Made by a program: the position numbers and the translations under genes
Notes under the pieces: model-generated
Told to the model about the DNA's origin: nothing
Database searches by the model: none
Seen by the model: the letters and a program-made list of their open reading frames with translations, nothing else
Assembly (NCBI RefSeq): GCF_018350175.1
Contig: NC_058368.1
Span: forward strand, 50,469,815-50,533,814
DNA length: 64,000 nt
Direction of reading: 5' to 3'
Source: Felis catus
Lineage: Eukaryota
Shown: positions 1 through 12,260 of the stretch, piece after piece
How the letters are laid out: every line of letters starts with the position of its first letter
Numbering within the stretch: position 1 is the first letter of the stretch

Positions 1-169
1 AATGCTTCACTCGGTCAGAAAACTTTGTGAGGCTGGCAAGGCTCACACGTATCCAGAGCTCTCCTAACTTCCTAGCACCAGCAGCCCTTCTCCAGAGAGC
101 CAGTTTGCTAGACGAAGACTGGCTCCAGACAGCAGCTGATATCCAATTGCCTCACAAACCAAAAACGTT

Positions 170-350
170 TAGTGTGAAGTTAGGATGCAGGCTCTGGAGT
201 CACTGCGGCTGGTTTCAAACCCTTCCGTGGTACTAGCTGTGTGACGTTGGCTGAGTTATTAAACTCTCTAAGCCCAGTTTGGAAACAGAGGCCCTAATTT
301 CTATCCCATAGACTGTGGCAATGGAGGGTGTTAGGCTTTCAAAGTACCGT
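170..350 (+). mobile_element. MIR SINE fragment
   Basis: GGCTCTGGAGTCA...TTCAAAC...TACTAGCTGTGTGACGTTGG...AGTTATTAAACTCTCTAAGCCCAGTTT resembles the MIR head and core. Confidence 0.6.
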
Positions 351-1285
351 AGGTACGTGGTCCTCTCACTACAGACTGGAAGCCTTGGCTCCAGCTGCCA
401 CATGGCTGTGAATGTGGCCACCAGCAGCGTTACTACAAAGAGCTGAGCAGACAAGAACAAATGGGGTTAGCACACATATGAACTGGAAGATTTGTAAAAC
501 CCTAGCTATCCCTACTCAACCAAGCCAGCATCCTCTTATTGGAAATATTTGGGAGAAGTTTTAGTTGCCGGTAGAATGTAATGCAAATGAGGATGAAGCC
601 AAATACCTACTGTCTTTTGACTATTACGAATGTTAGCTATTATGGTTTATACACCCAGGGCTGTTGTGGCCTATGAAACACCTGTTACATATCTATTTAT
701 CTGAGTCTATCCTTAGTTATTTTATGTACAGCCAGTGTTTCGGCCATAGAGCTCTTATAAAAAGGAAAGATTGGATAATTAAGTCAAATCGTATGATTTC
801 CTGAAATTAACAATAGGCTTTCTATTTTGTATTCCTGTCTCTCCCTCTAGAATTTTCATTTTCACAGGTGAGATTGGTTCATCCTGAAATTTAAGTAGAA
901 TGAAGAACAGGCAAACTCAAATAGAAAAATAAATGCAGGTCATCCAAACTGAAATTGTATTCTGGGTCATCCACAAAATGTCTTTGACCTCCTTTTGTTT
1001 CCACAGCTGTAAAATGGAAAAATTACAGCCAATTCCATAATTTTAAGAGTAATGAACAAAGCACTAGAAAGTACTTTTAAAATTAAAGTCATGCCCATCT
1101 TAATTTCCAGCTTTAAGCACAAAGGTGACGCACAACAGGCAGTTAAATAGTCTGTCTCATGAGTAAAATAGTATTTTATGTGGTATATGGTTCTTTGTTT
1201 CCCTAGGAAATTCTATTATGGAGCAAAACAAAAAAACAAAACCAAAAACAACAGACAAACAAAAAAAAAACCCACCCCATTTAGT

Positions 1286-1405
1286 TGGGAGTCAGGAATC
1301 CTGGATTCTAGTTCCAGAATGACCTTGGATTAATGAGGTGACTTCCCATCTTGGAATTTTTATGTTCCTTATTTGCTACTTAAAGGAGTTGATGCTCTCT
1401 GGTTC
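1286..1405 (+). mobile_element. MIR/MIR3 fragment, degenerate
   Basis: GGGAGTCAGGAATCCTGGATTCTAGTTCC head, followed by decayed core and GGAGTTG...CTCTGGTTCC tail. Confidence 0.45.
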
Positions 1406-2964
1406 CTCCTTTCATTGCCAACACACTAATGATTTTATTTAATCAATAATGTAGAACGATTATGGTATCAACAGTTCTCTTCTGAGATCTAGCAGAGGTC
1501 AAATGGTTCAGGAGAGTGGGGAAGGGAGAAGAGGAGGAGGGAGAGGAAGATGTGGGAGAAGAGGAAGAAATGGATAGGAAGAGGGGGAAGGAAAAGGAAG
1601 ATTCCTTTAGATGCCATGGAGCAGTACTGGCCCCACATTGATACTATGAAATACCCATGGTTTATCTTTGTACTTTTCACCATTCTGTATTAATTCAGTT
1701 CCCAGCTCCCATACTCTCTACAGATATCCAGATGAACAGTGTCTAGCTGATGTTCTAATCTTCCCACCCTCCTTAGGTGTGCCCTCCCCTCAAGAGTCCC
1801 CATACCTGAAAATCTCCTCTCTTTCCTCACATATCTGAGTCCAGCTGCAAGTTGGGAGATACTTAACTAATTAATTAATGCCTAAATGAGAATGACTTAA
1901 TCTCTAACCCTCCTCCAGATACTTAATCAATTATACTTTTTTTGAAAAGGGTGCCTGCAACTAGCCTGTTAGCAGAGAATGAAGTGAGGGGCAAATCCAA
2001 GAGGTTGGGGGCAGAGTTGGAAGAGTACCACCAGAGCCATGCATGCAGGTCCTGCGGGATTCTGCTCCCCATGATAGTTCCCCAGAAACACCTCCTGCTT
2101 CCTCGGCCCTTCTCATTCTTTTTGTCTAAACACAGAGATGCTAGGAAGTGAGCTCTTAATCACAATAGCTCCCTTGGGGCATCACAAATTCTTCATGAAC
2201 TAAATCAGGATATAAACAAACAAACATAACCAAACAAATGAATAAATAATCCACAGCTGCTTGGTGATGACATTAGTGGCTGTGACTGTGCGAGTAGAAA
2301 GAGCAGAGCCTGGGTCTTCTCTCTCAAGTTGATACATGCCTAGATCCTAACAGCATCAAAATGATAATGGAGGGCAGTCCATGTTTACCTGGGATGAAGA
2401 ATAAGTCAGGTAATTTCTTGGACAATCTGCTTTCCCCCAAAGCCTGTTCATTCCCAGCCAGGTATTAAATGTTAGAGTCAGAAACAGGGAACCAGAGTTT
2501 TTCCTTTTTGTGCTATAGCCTTCCTTACTGTTATAGCTGATTCTGTTATAGCTGCAACCAGAAGGCAAGGACCCCCGGTCCCTGACTGCATTAGAAGAAG
2601 GATCAGTTGTCTCCCAACAAATGAAGAATGTAGTAGCAGAGGAGAGTGGAGTCTAAGGAGTTACCAGGGCACTCAGCTATGACCATAAGGCTTGATCCCA
2701 ATCCCTGATTTTACTGGGGAGTACTGGTACTTCCCTAATCATGCAGCTAAAAGCCAACAACACATGGACTGTATCTGATCTTGAGAGCCCAGACACCCCT
2801 CTCTGCTGCTCCGGAATGCAGTGGGCAGTGGAAGATACTTACATCTGCTTGTCTCTATGATTGTTCCCAGGGATATTGTTCTAGAAGGCTTTGTTTGTGT
2901 GCTGCCTGATCATTTTCCCTTTTTTATACAGCAGGATACAAAATAAGTATTTATCATCTAGTTT

Positions 2965-3100
2965 GTTGCTTCCTAAACTTTTTTTTATATTCCTGAGAAA
3001 AATTCCCATGTACAGTCATGGAAAAATCTCACCTACAATTCCCAGAGGTCTCTGGATGGGCTGAAGATGGGTTCAGTGGACCCCAGCTCAAGAACCCTGA
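2965..3100. mobile_element. possible hAT-Charlie non-autonomous DNA transposon fragment
   Basis: Ends GGACCCCAGCTCAAGAACCCTG, like hAT-Charlie termini; family not identified. Confidence 0.3.
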
Positions 3101-3989
3101 TAGAGGGAGCCATCCTTGCTCAAGAAAAGCAATGCGAGAGATACCAGGTATCTCTGATAGAGGTGTGTGTGGTATTGGAGCAGGGATAATCTAGAGGCAG
3201 GGATAATCTAAATTTCTCTACCCTTTCACTACTTCTTCTTCAGAAACACTTATTGTTATCAGATAAAAAGTGTCTTTAAAAATTTGGGAAGCATTGCCTA
3301 TGCTTATTTTTAAAATATGTTAGTTATATTTTCAAATAATATGCTCAATATGTTTTCCTTCAAATTTTAAACACCCTTTCAGGTGATGTACTTTTGAATT
3401 TAAAGCAATGGTCTATTTGCTCATCTAAAAAAGGACAATGAAATATTTTTTTTTTATATTTCTAGACTTTTTGGGCAGTCTTAAGTGTGTGTATTATACT
3501 GCTAGGTAGTCCTGAGAACATCTCAGTCATAGGAAGGGGATTAAACGCATATTTGTATGGATGCGTGTTTATTTGATCTCATCATTAACATTAGTTATTA
3601 CCTCCGTAATTATGATTGGAATGTATAATCTCAAGTCCCATTAAGTCTTTTTCTTCTAGTCTCAGCAGGCTCTTGTTTCAACTAATTAACACAAAGGTCA
3701 TTGTTCTCATTTTTAGAATACCAACAGATTGTAAAAACACAACACTGATTATGCTGCCAGGTTGGGAAAGACACAGCATGAACAGAATCTTCTTCTGTTC
3801 CATGAGAAGGAGTGGGCTTTTCCTCCTCTTGTCTCTGCCTGGGTAGAATTGACCAAAGATCAAGAGGAAAGTTCCAATCAAAATCTCTCTGGATTGGGAA
3901 CATTGTTGTGAGTGTACATCCAGCTGTTTGTGGAATCCTAATGATTTTCTTGAAGATGGTGGCCCTGGGTCTTTCTCAGCTGAGAGATG

Positions 3990-4320
3990 ATTCAGTCAGC
4001 AAATATTGATCATGTTAGCAACGTGCTGGTGGCATAACATAATTGCTGGGAAGGGACTCTCAGTCTTTCAGTAGTTAAGTAAAAGTGGAGACAACAAGCT
4101 ACTTAATTGGTATGTAAGGTGATATAAGGTAGAAGGTGATACATGCCAGAAAATAGGTATATATTGATCTATTACACATACAAAGGGAATAGAAGATGAA
4201 AGATACCGTCTAGCTGGAGAGGAATCAGAGAGGGCTTGACATGAGGAAAGCCACTGAGATGAGCCTAGAGAATGAGAAGGATTGGAATATGCAATGATGG
4301 AGGACAGTGGATTCTAACAC
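3990..4320 (-). mobile_element. L2 LINE 3' fragment
   Basis: TTCAGTCAGCAAATATTGA start, then GGAATCAGAGAGGGCTT...GAGATGAGCCTAGAGAATGAGAAGGA, typical of antisense L2. Confidence 0.5.
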
Positions 4321-5199
4321 CCTCGCAAAGGCATAACCCAGAGGACCTCGGGAACTCTAGCACAACGTTTGTGTGTTTGCCTTAGCTAAGGGGCATGTCA
4401 TTTCTTCTGTCCTAACTCTGCTTCACTCATCTCTCTCAGTGATTAGCCCCAGATTGGCAATGCCAGCAGGGACCAAGGGGAATTCTTCATTAATGCAGAC
4501 TGATGCTTCTAACTACTTTCCTGATAACTGCTGGAAAAAAACAGATTAATGAAGGCTCTACACTATCTCAGAAGCATAGCTTAGAATACAAATCAGTGTG
4601 GCATCCAGTTTTGGAGGAAATCTTTAAAAATCTGCAGTTAAGTAATAAGCTGACCACAGCTAAAGTTTTTCTGAGGAAAGCAAATAACAGTTGAACTAGC
4701 CAGACAGAAAGAATAGCTACTCTGAAAGAGTGATAGTTGAAAAAAAAAAAAGCTATTTTTCTTCCATCATAGCTGATGTATAAAGGAGATATCCCAGGAA
4801 TAGCTCATATGTGAAACAAAATCGACGTGTTCAGAGAGCTGTTTCCAAAGACTTGACTTTGAACACCAGAAGAAACAGAAATAGTCTCTAATGGGGTAAT
4901 AAATTGAAAGTGAATCCAGATTTTTGGTTCCCCTTCATCTTATTTGAAATTCAGTATACACCCTTACTAAATTTCTTTGTGTTTTTATCCATTTATGAAA
5001 ACTAATTTCTGTATAAATATATCCCATGTGCACTTACATTGATTTAATGTGAAACATTTCATGTATTCATAAGTGTAATTTTTGCATGAGCTTTTTCAAG
5101 TGTAGTCCTTTGTCTTTCTTGTTCTTTTTATGTTGACTTCACCACCACCCAGTCTTCCTTCCACCTACGTAACCCAATACTCAAACTAATCCTTGTGAG

Positions 5200-5445
5200 C
5201 ACCTAGTATGTGTAGACCCTATTTGCTGCAAGCTCATATAATCATAATTTGCATATGTACAAATATACCTGTACAGGGTGTTTTGCACTGGTTTATTGTA
5301 CACAAAAACTAGCCTCATGCAAATCATACTTCTCGATCTCGTTTTTCCACTCATCATTTCTTTGTGGAAATCAGTCCAAGTCAAATGGTTTACCTCTCAT
5401 CCTTTCCTTTTAATGACTGCATTGAGTTTCATGGTGTGGATAAAA
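5200..5445 (-). mobile_element. old L1M (L1ME-like) 3' fragment
   Basis: CCTCTCATCCTTTCCTTTTAATGACTGCATTGAGTTTCATGGTGTGGAT resembles the antisense old-L1 3' region. Confidence 0.5.
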
Positions 5446-5586
5446 AATTTGAGGTTATCATACTTTGCTTTATTCTTGGGAGGAATAGTTTTAAATGCCA
5501 CCCAAATACTTATATTTCAGATGTCAACAAGCTAGGCTTATAAAAGCATGTTTTTACGTCAGCCATTGATATTAAGAAGCTAATTA

Positions 5587-5802
5587 GGGGCGCCTGGGTG
5601 ACGCAGTCAGTTAAGCGTCCGACTTCAGCCAGGTCACAATCTGGCGGTCCGTGAGTTTGAGCTCCGCGTCAGGCTCTGGGCTGATGGCTCGGAGCCTGGA
5701 GCCTGCTTCCGATTCTGTGGCTCCCTCTCTCTCTGCCCCTCCCCATTCATGCTCTGTCTCTCTCTGTCCCAAAAAAATAAATAAAAAACGTTGAAAAAAA
5801 AA
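5587..5802 (+). mobile_element. Can-SINE, young feline SINEC_Fc type
   Basis: GGGGCGCCTGGGTG head, GACTTCAGCCAGGTCAC diagnostic stretch, (CT)n, A-tail; perfect 13-bp TSD AAGAAGCTAATTA at 5574-5586 and 5803-5815. Confidence 0.97.
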
Positions 5803-6359
5803 AAGAAGCTAATTAGATTTGCGCACACTACAGGGATCCACTAGAGACTCCCATTGTTCGTAGTTTACCTCCCCACCCCACCCCCCCAACCCCCTAGAAG
5901 TACTGGAAGCCTTCAGTTTCACCATCTGGCAGGAGAACAGGCAGATAAAGACCATGTTTAAGGGGTCATTCCAAGTGAAACTGGCTTTGGGCTGGTTTCT
6001 ATTGCATATTCATTCAGTAACAACATTTCTGCCTTCTTGGCATTTCTCCTTTATATGGGCAGTTTTTGCCTCCAGCCTACTACTTCTGTCCACATCCTGT
6101 GTCACTCATCCCACCTTCTACATTACCCAAGTGCAAACCTCTTACTTGCCCTCTCTTCCTGTACTTTTCATATCTGTCTGGTTTGGTCATTCCTCCTTGC
6201 TGAGCTAATTTTCTTTCTTTGTGCCACACTTACGGAACGTTCCCTATTTTTCCACCTCAATATCTCTGGCTTATACCCCTCATCACATGTCCACAAAAAC
6301 CACTCTTTGGATTAAGTTTGAATTGCAGGAATAGTTCTTTACTTGGCTTTCCTCTTTCA

Positions 6360-7160
6360 CGAGCTTACTAACCCCCTGAGTACACTGTCTGTATCGTCTT
6401 ACCTATCCTGTGGGCCCAGAACTCAGCACACTTCATGGGGCCTTCTGTGCAGCAAATGCTCAGAAGACATTTGTTGGGCTGACTTTGTTGCATTTGTATT
6501 CGTTGCATGGTGATTTTGGCTCCCAGAGTCTGTTATTTCTCACCATTGGCTCCATACATTCTTCAGTCACCAGCTGCCCATGAAACATCTCCTGCATTTA
6601 TTTTTCTCCTTTTTCTCTGTCCCTTCCCCTCCCAACACTTCAGTTTAGCTCCTTATTATTTCTCCTCTGGGCTATTGTACAAAGGTTCTCTGAGTAGCCA
6701 TCCTGTTTCCTGTATCTCTTCAGTCATATATATTAAATATAAACTTCACATATCTTAGCTCTCATTTTGTCATTTCCTTACAACAACTTCCAGTGCTTTC
6801 AGCCAAATGGATAAAACCTTAGGCTGGCTTTCAAATGTGCCCCATGCACTGGTACCAGGCTCTATGTCCAGGCTTATCCATACCACACTACATCGTCTTG
6901 TCATGGTCATCTTGGACTATTGTGTATTTTCATTTTCTGTATTTGAAAATTTTAGCTGTTTAGTGTGTGCCTTATTTATTTCCTTTTTTTGCACCTTAAA
7001 TATGAACTCATCTCTATTGTTGATAATTTATCCATCTGGAAGGTCTTGAAGATCACTATCAGATCCCACAGCCTTTGTGAGAACTGCTTTGATTTCTTTC
7101 TACCAGATGTCATTCTTTCTGCACTAACTTCATCGTGTTTTGTTTATGCCACTCTTCCGG
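6360..7160 (+). mobile_element. L2 LINE fragments, degenerate
   Basis: L2-like 3' end (ACTCAGCACA...TGCTCAGAAGACATTTGTTG) near 6420-6480 and pyrimidine-rich L2-like body further right. Confidence 0.4.
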
Positions 7161-7169
7161 TTCTCTTTA

Positions 7170-7363
7170 TTTTATATCTATCTATCTATCTATCTATATG
7201 ATAATTAAAATAAAAGATAAAATAAAAGGTATTTAAAATAAAAGATAATTAAAATATACATCAAATGTATTTTCATTATCTTTTATTTATTATACTAAAT
7301 ATATTATCAAATTATATATTACTGTATAATTTATATACTATATATTTAATATATAATCATATA

Positions 7364-7394
<31 letters not shown>

Positions 7395-7420
7395 TTGTGG
7401 TTCCTTTTGTTATATATATC
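7170..7420. repeat. (TCTA)n / (TG)n(TA)n and AT-rich low-complexity tract
   Basis: Read directly from the sequence. Confidence 0.85.
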
Positions 7421-8191
7421 TGATTACTAGACTATAAATCTTTTAGGCTAAAGATCATGCCTTATTGATCTTTGTTTCTTGCACTATGTACTTTAAATAG
7501 GATTCTTGAACTTACATAAAAATTTTAAAGAACAATTTAACTGTTCCTTACAAAATCCCCAGTAACTTTGGGCCAGCTTCACAACCTTTAATAAGAGAAC
7601 ACTAAAGTGAGATCTTCTTGACTCAAAGTATAATATCATAAAATGTTTATTGTAAGAATGTTATAAATTGAAATAAAAAGTAATTTTTACCTATATATTT
7701 TAAGTAATACTCATGGGTATAGAATACTATTTCAATGAGTTATCCCCTATTAACTAATACCTAGAGCAATAAAGAATTTTGTAATATTTTTGGCACATTC
7801 AGAATCTTCTTAGATATACTAATCCATATGGCACCTCCATTATTGAAAGAGAAGATGTGTTATTTCTACTTACAGAGCACATAAATGCTGGGCCAAAGCA
7901 TTTCTTTCCAATATTTTTAAAACACTTATTCTTTTTTCTCAAGTTTTAGTAAAAAATTACCTGCACTTTGACCTAAGTAAAACATGTGCTGTGTCTTTGT
8001 TGTGTACAATTATTATTTTTTTAAGGTAATTTCTTAAACAAATGATTCACCCAAAAATAAGGAATTTTCACTTCCACCAGACTTACTTGTTATAAGCAAG
8101 AATTTCTCTGGTCAAAATGAATCAAAGGACAGAAAAGAGCTCTCAAAATTATAGGGTTGGAAAAGTACTTTTACTTTCATACTGTAACAGG

Positions 8192-8320
8192 TTATATATA
8201 TATATATGTGTATATATATATATATACACAGTATTATACAGTATATACATGTATATACATATTATACAGTATATACATATATATAGTATTAACAATTTTA
8301 ATATATATACAAATATATAT
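8192..8320. repeat. imperfect (TA)n low-complexity repeat
   Basis: Read directly; source of the YI-rich spurious ORFs. Confidence 0.9.
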
Positions 8321-9660
8321 CACCATTTTTTGGCAACATTTATTATATAAAATTATACTAACAGATAACTTTTTGATTCCTGTATATTGATTTATTTGCT
8401 CATTTCAGGTATTGTCTTTGAAAAATAAAACAGAAGCAAAATAAATTGAGAACAAGGAACTCTACTAGATGATCTATTATTGTTCTTCTAAATTCCTGAT
8501 ATGTCTGGATCTGAGCCAAAGCAAACAAGGGCATCACTCACAAAGAATATGATGAGATATGCCTTTGTAAACTCTGGAGTCCTACTGCTCTCATTCTTAT
8601 TCTTACAAAGAAAATTCTGGCAATTATTGAGTATCATATAGATACTAGAACAAGAAGCAGTATCGAGTCTTCCAAGCATGTCCTGTATATTTAAAACAGC
8701 TCAAGAAAAGGAAATGGTACAAGTTACCTAGATAGTTATGTTTTTAAAAATTAATTAAAAGGTCTTAGAGTTTTATTTTATTTTGGTTAAGAGACCAGAA
8801 CTTAACTTTAGCATGCTTGGCTCTATGCTTTTTACCTGGATCAGAAAGCAAGGGCCTTCCTTTCTTACCTCTCTCTTTTATTTTTTCTTATTGCTCAGCA
8901 TATATTTATTTTTTTCTTTAATGGCCTTCTGCCTTATTTTGACCAAGCAAAGCAAGCAAGCAAACAAATGAACACAAAAGCCCCAGGACACCTTGTACAT
9001 GGAAAGATCAGTGTAATTCATAAGGAACAATCTTCTACAGCCTTTACTGAACTTTAAATATATGACTCACATGTAAATGTGTCAGTATCCCATCATCAGA
9101 CTATGTATTAACACACTGAAAACCTGAATTAAAATGCAACTGTAGAACAAGTTTAAAATCGATATCAGACACACAGTCATTATATATTTAAGATACATTT
9201 AATCACACGTTCAAGCATATATTTTTCTACAGAACTAGGTTTAGGCTTGATTAGTAATTGCTTTTTGTTTAGATAGTCTTCTTAGAAAATGATTACAGTA
9301 ATGGTTTATTTAGATGTCTCAAATTCTGTGGTATTTATGATCAATGTGTATTTTAATTATTGATAGATTTAGGAACCTTGCCATGTGTACCCTACCAGAT
9401 GTGTTTCTATCGAGTCTGAGTTAGGAAATGAGCATAGAGAGAAGTGTTCAGTCTTGGCTCTGCCCTTAGTGGTTTTGTGACCTCAGGTCTCACTTTCTTC
9501 CTCTGCATTTATGAACGTCTATCAATCTATTTTATTTTTCCTAGGAATGTACGTGGAGAACAACTCCACCCCGGATTTGGTCCTCAGATAGTGTCTGATA
9601 CCATTCTCTCATTTTAACTTTATCAATGAACATATCATACATTATATGTGCTGTATAGCA

Positions 9661-9670
9661 GGGACTTTCC
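9661..9670 (+). promoter_or_regulatory. NF-kB consensus motif GGGACTTTCC
   Basis: Exact 10-mer match; function untested. Confidence 0.3.
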
Positions 9671-10920
9671 AAACCCCACTGGGGGTTCAATTCCATTCTT
9701 ATGATCTTGGAAAGTCTGAGGACCATGATATTGCTTTGATGACCTCTCCTAAGTATAGGTCCACAGTCGGTGACAGATCCCTGATTTCAGACAGACACAG
9801 TTCCACATGGAACTGTTTAACTGAGGTGTGAATGGACTTGGTACCAATCAGGGTGGTTTAATATTGCACAGACCCTGGAAGATTGGAGCAGATAAGTGAC
9901 CAGTCCCACTAGCCAAAACTAAGACCTTCATTTGATAGTCTTAACATAGGTTATGTCCCAAAGTCTGTGACACTGGGAATGCTTATGATGTGACTTTGAA
10001 TTACTGTGATACATACCCCCCTGCACACACACATAATTATTTCCATGTGATTTGATTTATTTAAATTTCAGTTTTGCTACATTTTAGCCACCAAGCTTCT
10101 AAGTAATGGGAGTTTATATTTAGCTACTACCACACAGCTGGATAGTAGCTCAAATTCATAGAAGTGTAACTCCTGAAACACTAGCCTGGGTCCCATTCAG
10201 TCTTTGCTATTTTGATTCTTTAACCTCTGGTATAAAGGGAAATCTTTGAAAAAGTTTACATGGAATCTAATTTTCTTCAGACAATTCACAGATTAGCTTC
10301 TGTTGCAAATTCCAAATTTTCCATCATAAAGGTATACTAATAAACAAAACAACACCTAAATACGAATTGTGCTTCCTCTAACAAACTAGAAATCACCTGC
10401 TTCTATAAACCATGGTTCTTTATTTTCCCTCTGACCTTGGGCTGCCTCTCAGGCCATTTTACTGTTTCCAGCCCTCTCTCTCAATTTCAGCTTATCCTTA
10501 GGTGCTAATTAAAATGGCAGGTGTTAAATTGATCATTAGCACGTTTCAGCTACTGCTCTGAGCACAAAAGTCCCTCAAGTGATTCTTTGTTTCTCCCAAT
10601 ATAATCCCTCTTCTCCAGACATCTCTGCTGCTTTTCCCTAGCAGCTCTAACTGCTTCTTAAAAGAGAAAGCAGATAACCTAGCATGTCTGCCCCAGCTGT
10701 TCTTCATTTATTTCTCAGGCTTGTTCCCTCTGAGTAAATGACACAAGCAGATTTTTTTTTTCTTTTAGTAATGGGCCAGCATCTTATTTAAGTATTTTGG
10801 AAAAATAAAACAAAGCAAACCTCCGTTAGACAGATTTTCTACATTCCACATTCAGACTCCCATGTACCCAAGTAGACAGCATATGGACACACTTCTTTCT
10901 TTAAAAAAAGTATTTTTGGG

Positions 10921-11139
10921 GGGGCGCCTGGGTGGCTCAGTCGGTTAAGCGTCTGGCTTCGGCTCAGGTCATGATCTCGCAGTTCATGAGTTCGAGCCCT
11001 GCGCCAGGCCTGTGCTGACAGCTCAGAGCCTGGAGCCTGCCTTGGGATTCTGTGTCTCCCTCTCTCTCTGCCCCTCCCCTGCTCATGCTCTGTCTCTCTC
11101 TGTCTCAAAAATAAAGAAAACATTAAAAAAATCTTTTAG
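10921..11139 (+). mobile_element. Can-SINE (feline type)
   Basis: Full head, body, (CT)n and A-tail; TSD AAAGTATTTTT at 10907-10917 and 11140-11150. Confidence 0.96.
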
Positions 11140-11150
11140 AAAGTATTTTT

Positions 11151-11770
11151 TTGTGTGTGCTAAGAGCAGTTACCTTGAGATCGACCCTTTCAAAGCTTTT
11201 TAAGTGCATAATATAGTATTGTTAATACAGGCACTAATGTTATACAGCAAATGTCAGCATGTATTCATTTTGTGCAGCTTATTCATCCTGTATAGCTAAA
11301 ACTTGAAACTGGTTGAACAGCAGCCCCCGTTTCTTTCTCCCTTCTGCCAGAGTCTGGCAACCACCATTCTACTCTGGGTCTGTTTGTCTATGTCTACTTA
11401 TTTGACTATTAGATACCTCATACAAGTGGAATCATACAGTATTTGTCCTTCTGTGTCTGGTTTGTCTCACTGAGCATAAGATCCTCCAGGTTCATCCATG
11501 CGGTTGCAGGTGGCAGGGTTTCCTCCTTTTTAAGGCTGAATAATACTCCATTGTGTGTATATACCACACTTCTTTATCCATTCATCTGTTGATAGACCCT
11601 TAGGTGGTTTCCACATCCTATTGTGAATAGTGCTGCAGTGAGTCTGGGGGTGCGGATATCGCTTCAGATTCCCAATTTCAATTCTTTTGGATATCTACCA
11701 GGAGAGGGATTGCTGGATCATATGGTAGATCTGTTTTTAGTGTTTGAGGAACCTCCATAGTGTTTTCTCT
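11151..11770 (-). mobile_element. L1 3' end (L1MA9-like)
   Basis: CTGGCAACCACCATTCTACTCT, AGATACCTCATACAAGTGGAATCATACAGTATTTGTCCTTCTGTGTCTGG and GGGATTGCTGGATCATATGGTAG are antisense L1 3' hallmarks. Confidence 0.9.
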
Positions 11771-12066
11771 CTGCCCTCCACCCCATGTTGCCACATCACT
11801 TTCTGCCTGCGCTGTGTTAGAAGTCTGAGGGAAGACATCACTGTTCCCAGTGTAGGCAGAACTAGTATTATTAGGGCTTCTCTGGACCCTGGAGGCACCA
11901 GGTAACTGGAGAGAATGCTGAAAGTGCTCTTCTTGAACCAGAGTTCTCTTTGACTATGGCTAAGGCACCCCAAGTTTAGCAATTCCTGAACTTTGAATGA
12001 CAAAGCAATTTTGCCACGTTTGAATGGTCTTCTGGTTTGAACCATATCGCTTAATTTCTCTTAGGG

Positions 12067-12260
12067 CAGTGTTTCTCAAACTTGCCTGCACATCAGAATC
12101 ATCCAGGGGCCTTTAAAAACCACTGATGCCTATGTTCCACCTGCAGAGACTGACTTAGTTCCTAAGTAACAGTGAATTACTTAATTGTGGAGTGGCCCTG
12201 GCTTTGGAATTATAAAGTTCCCCAGGAGAATCTAATATAAAGCAAATGTTGAGAAGCATA
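12067..12260. mobile_element. MER5-family hAT-Charlie element
   Basis: Starts CAGTGTTTCTCAAACTT...CATCAGAATCA; ends TTGAGAAGCA (terminal inverted repeats). Confidence 0.8.

Noticed and set aside
3061..3090. CTGAAGA followed by a hairpin (hammerhead-like start)
   Set aside because: No GAAA after the stem; lies in a probable hAT fragment
8117..8390. Tyr/Ile-rich ORFs
   Set aside because: Translations of (TA)n low-complexity sequence
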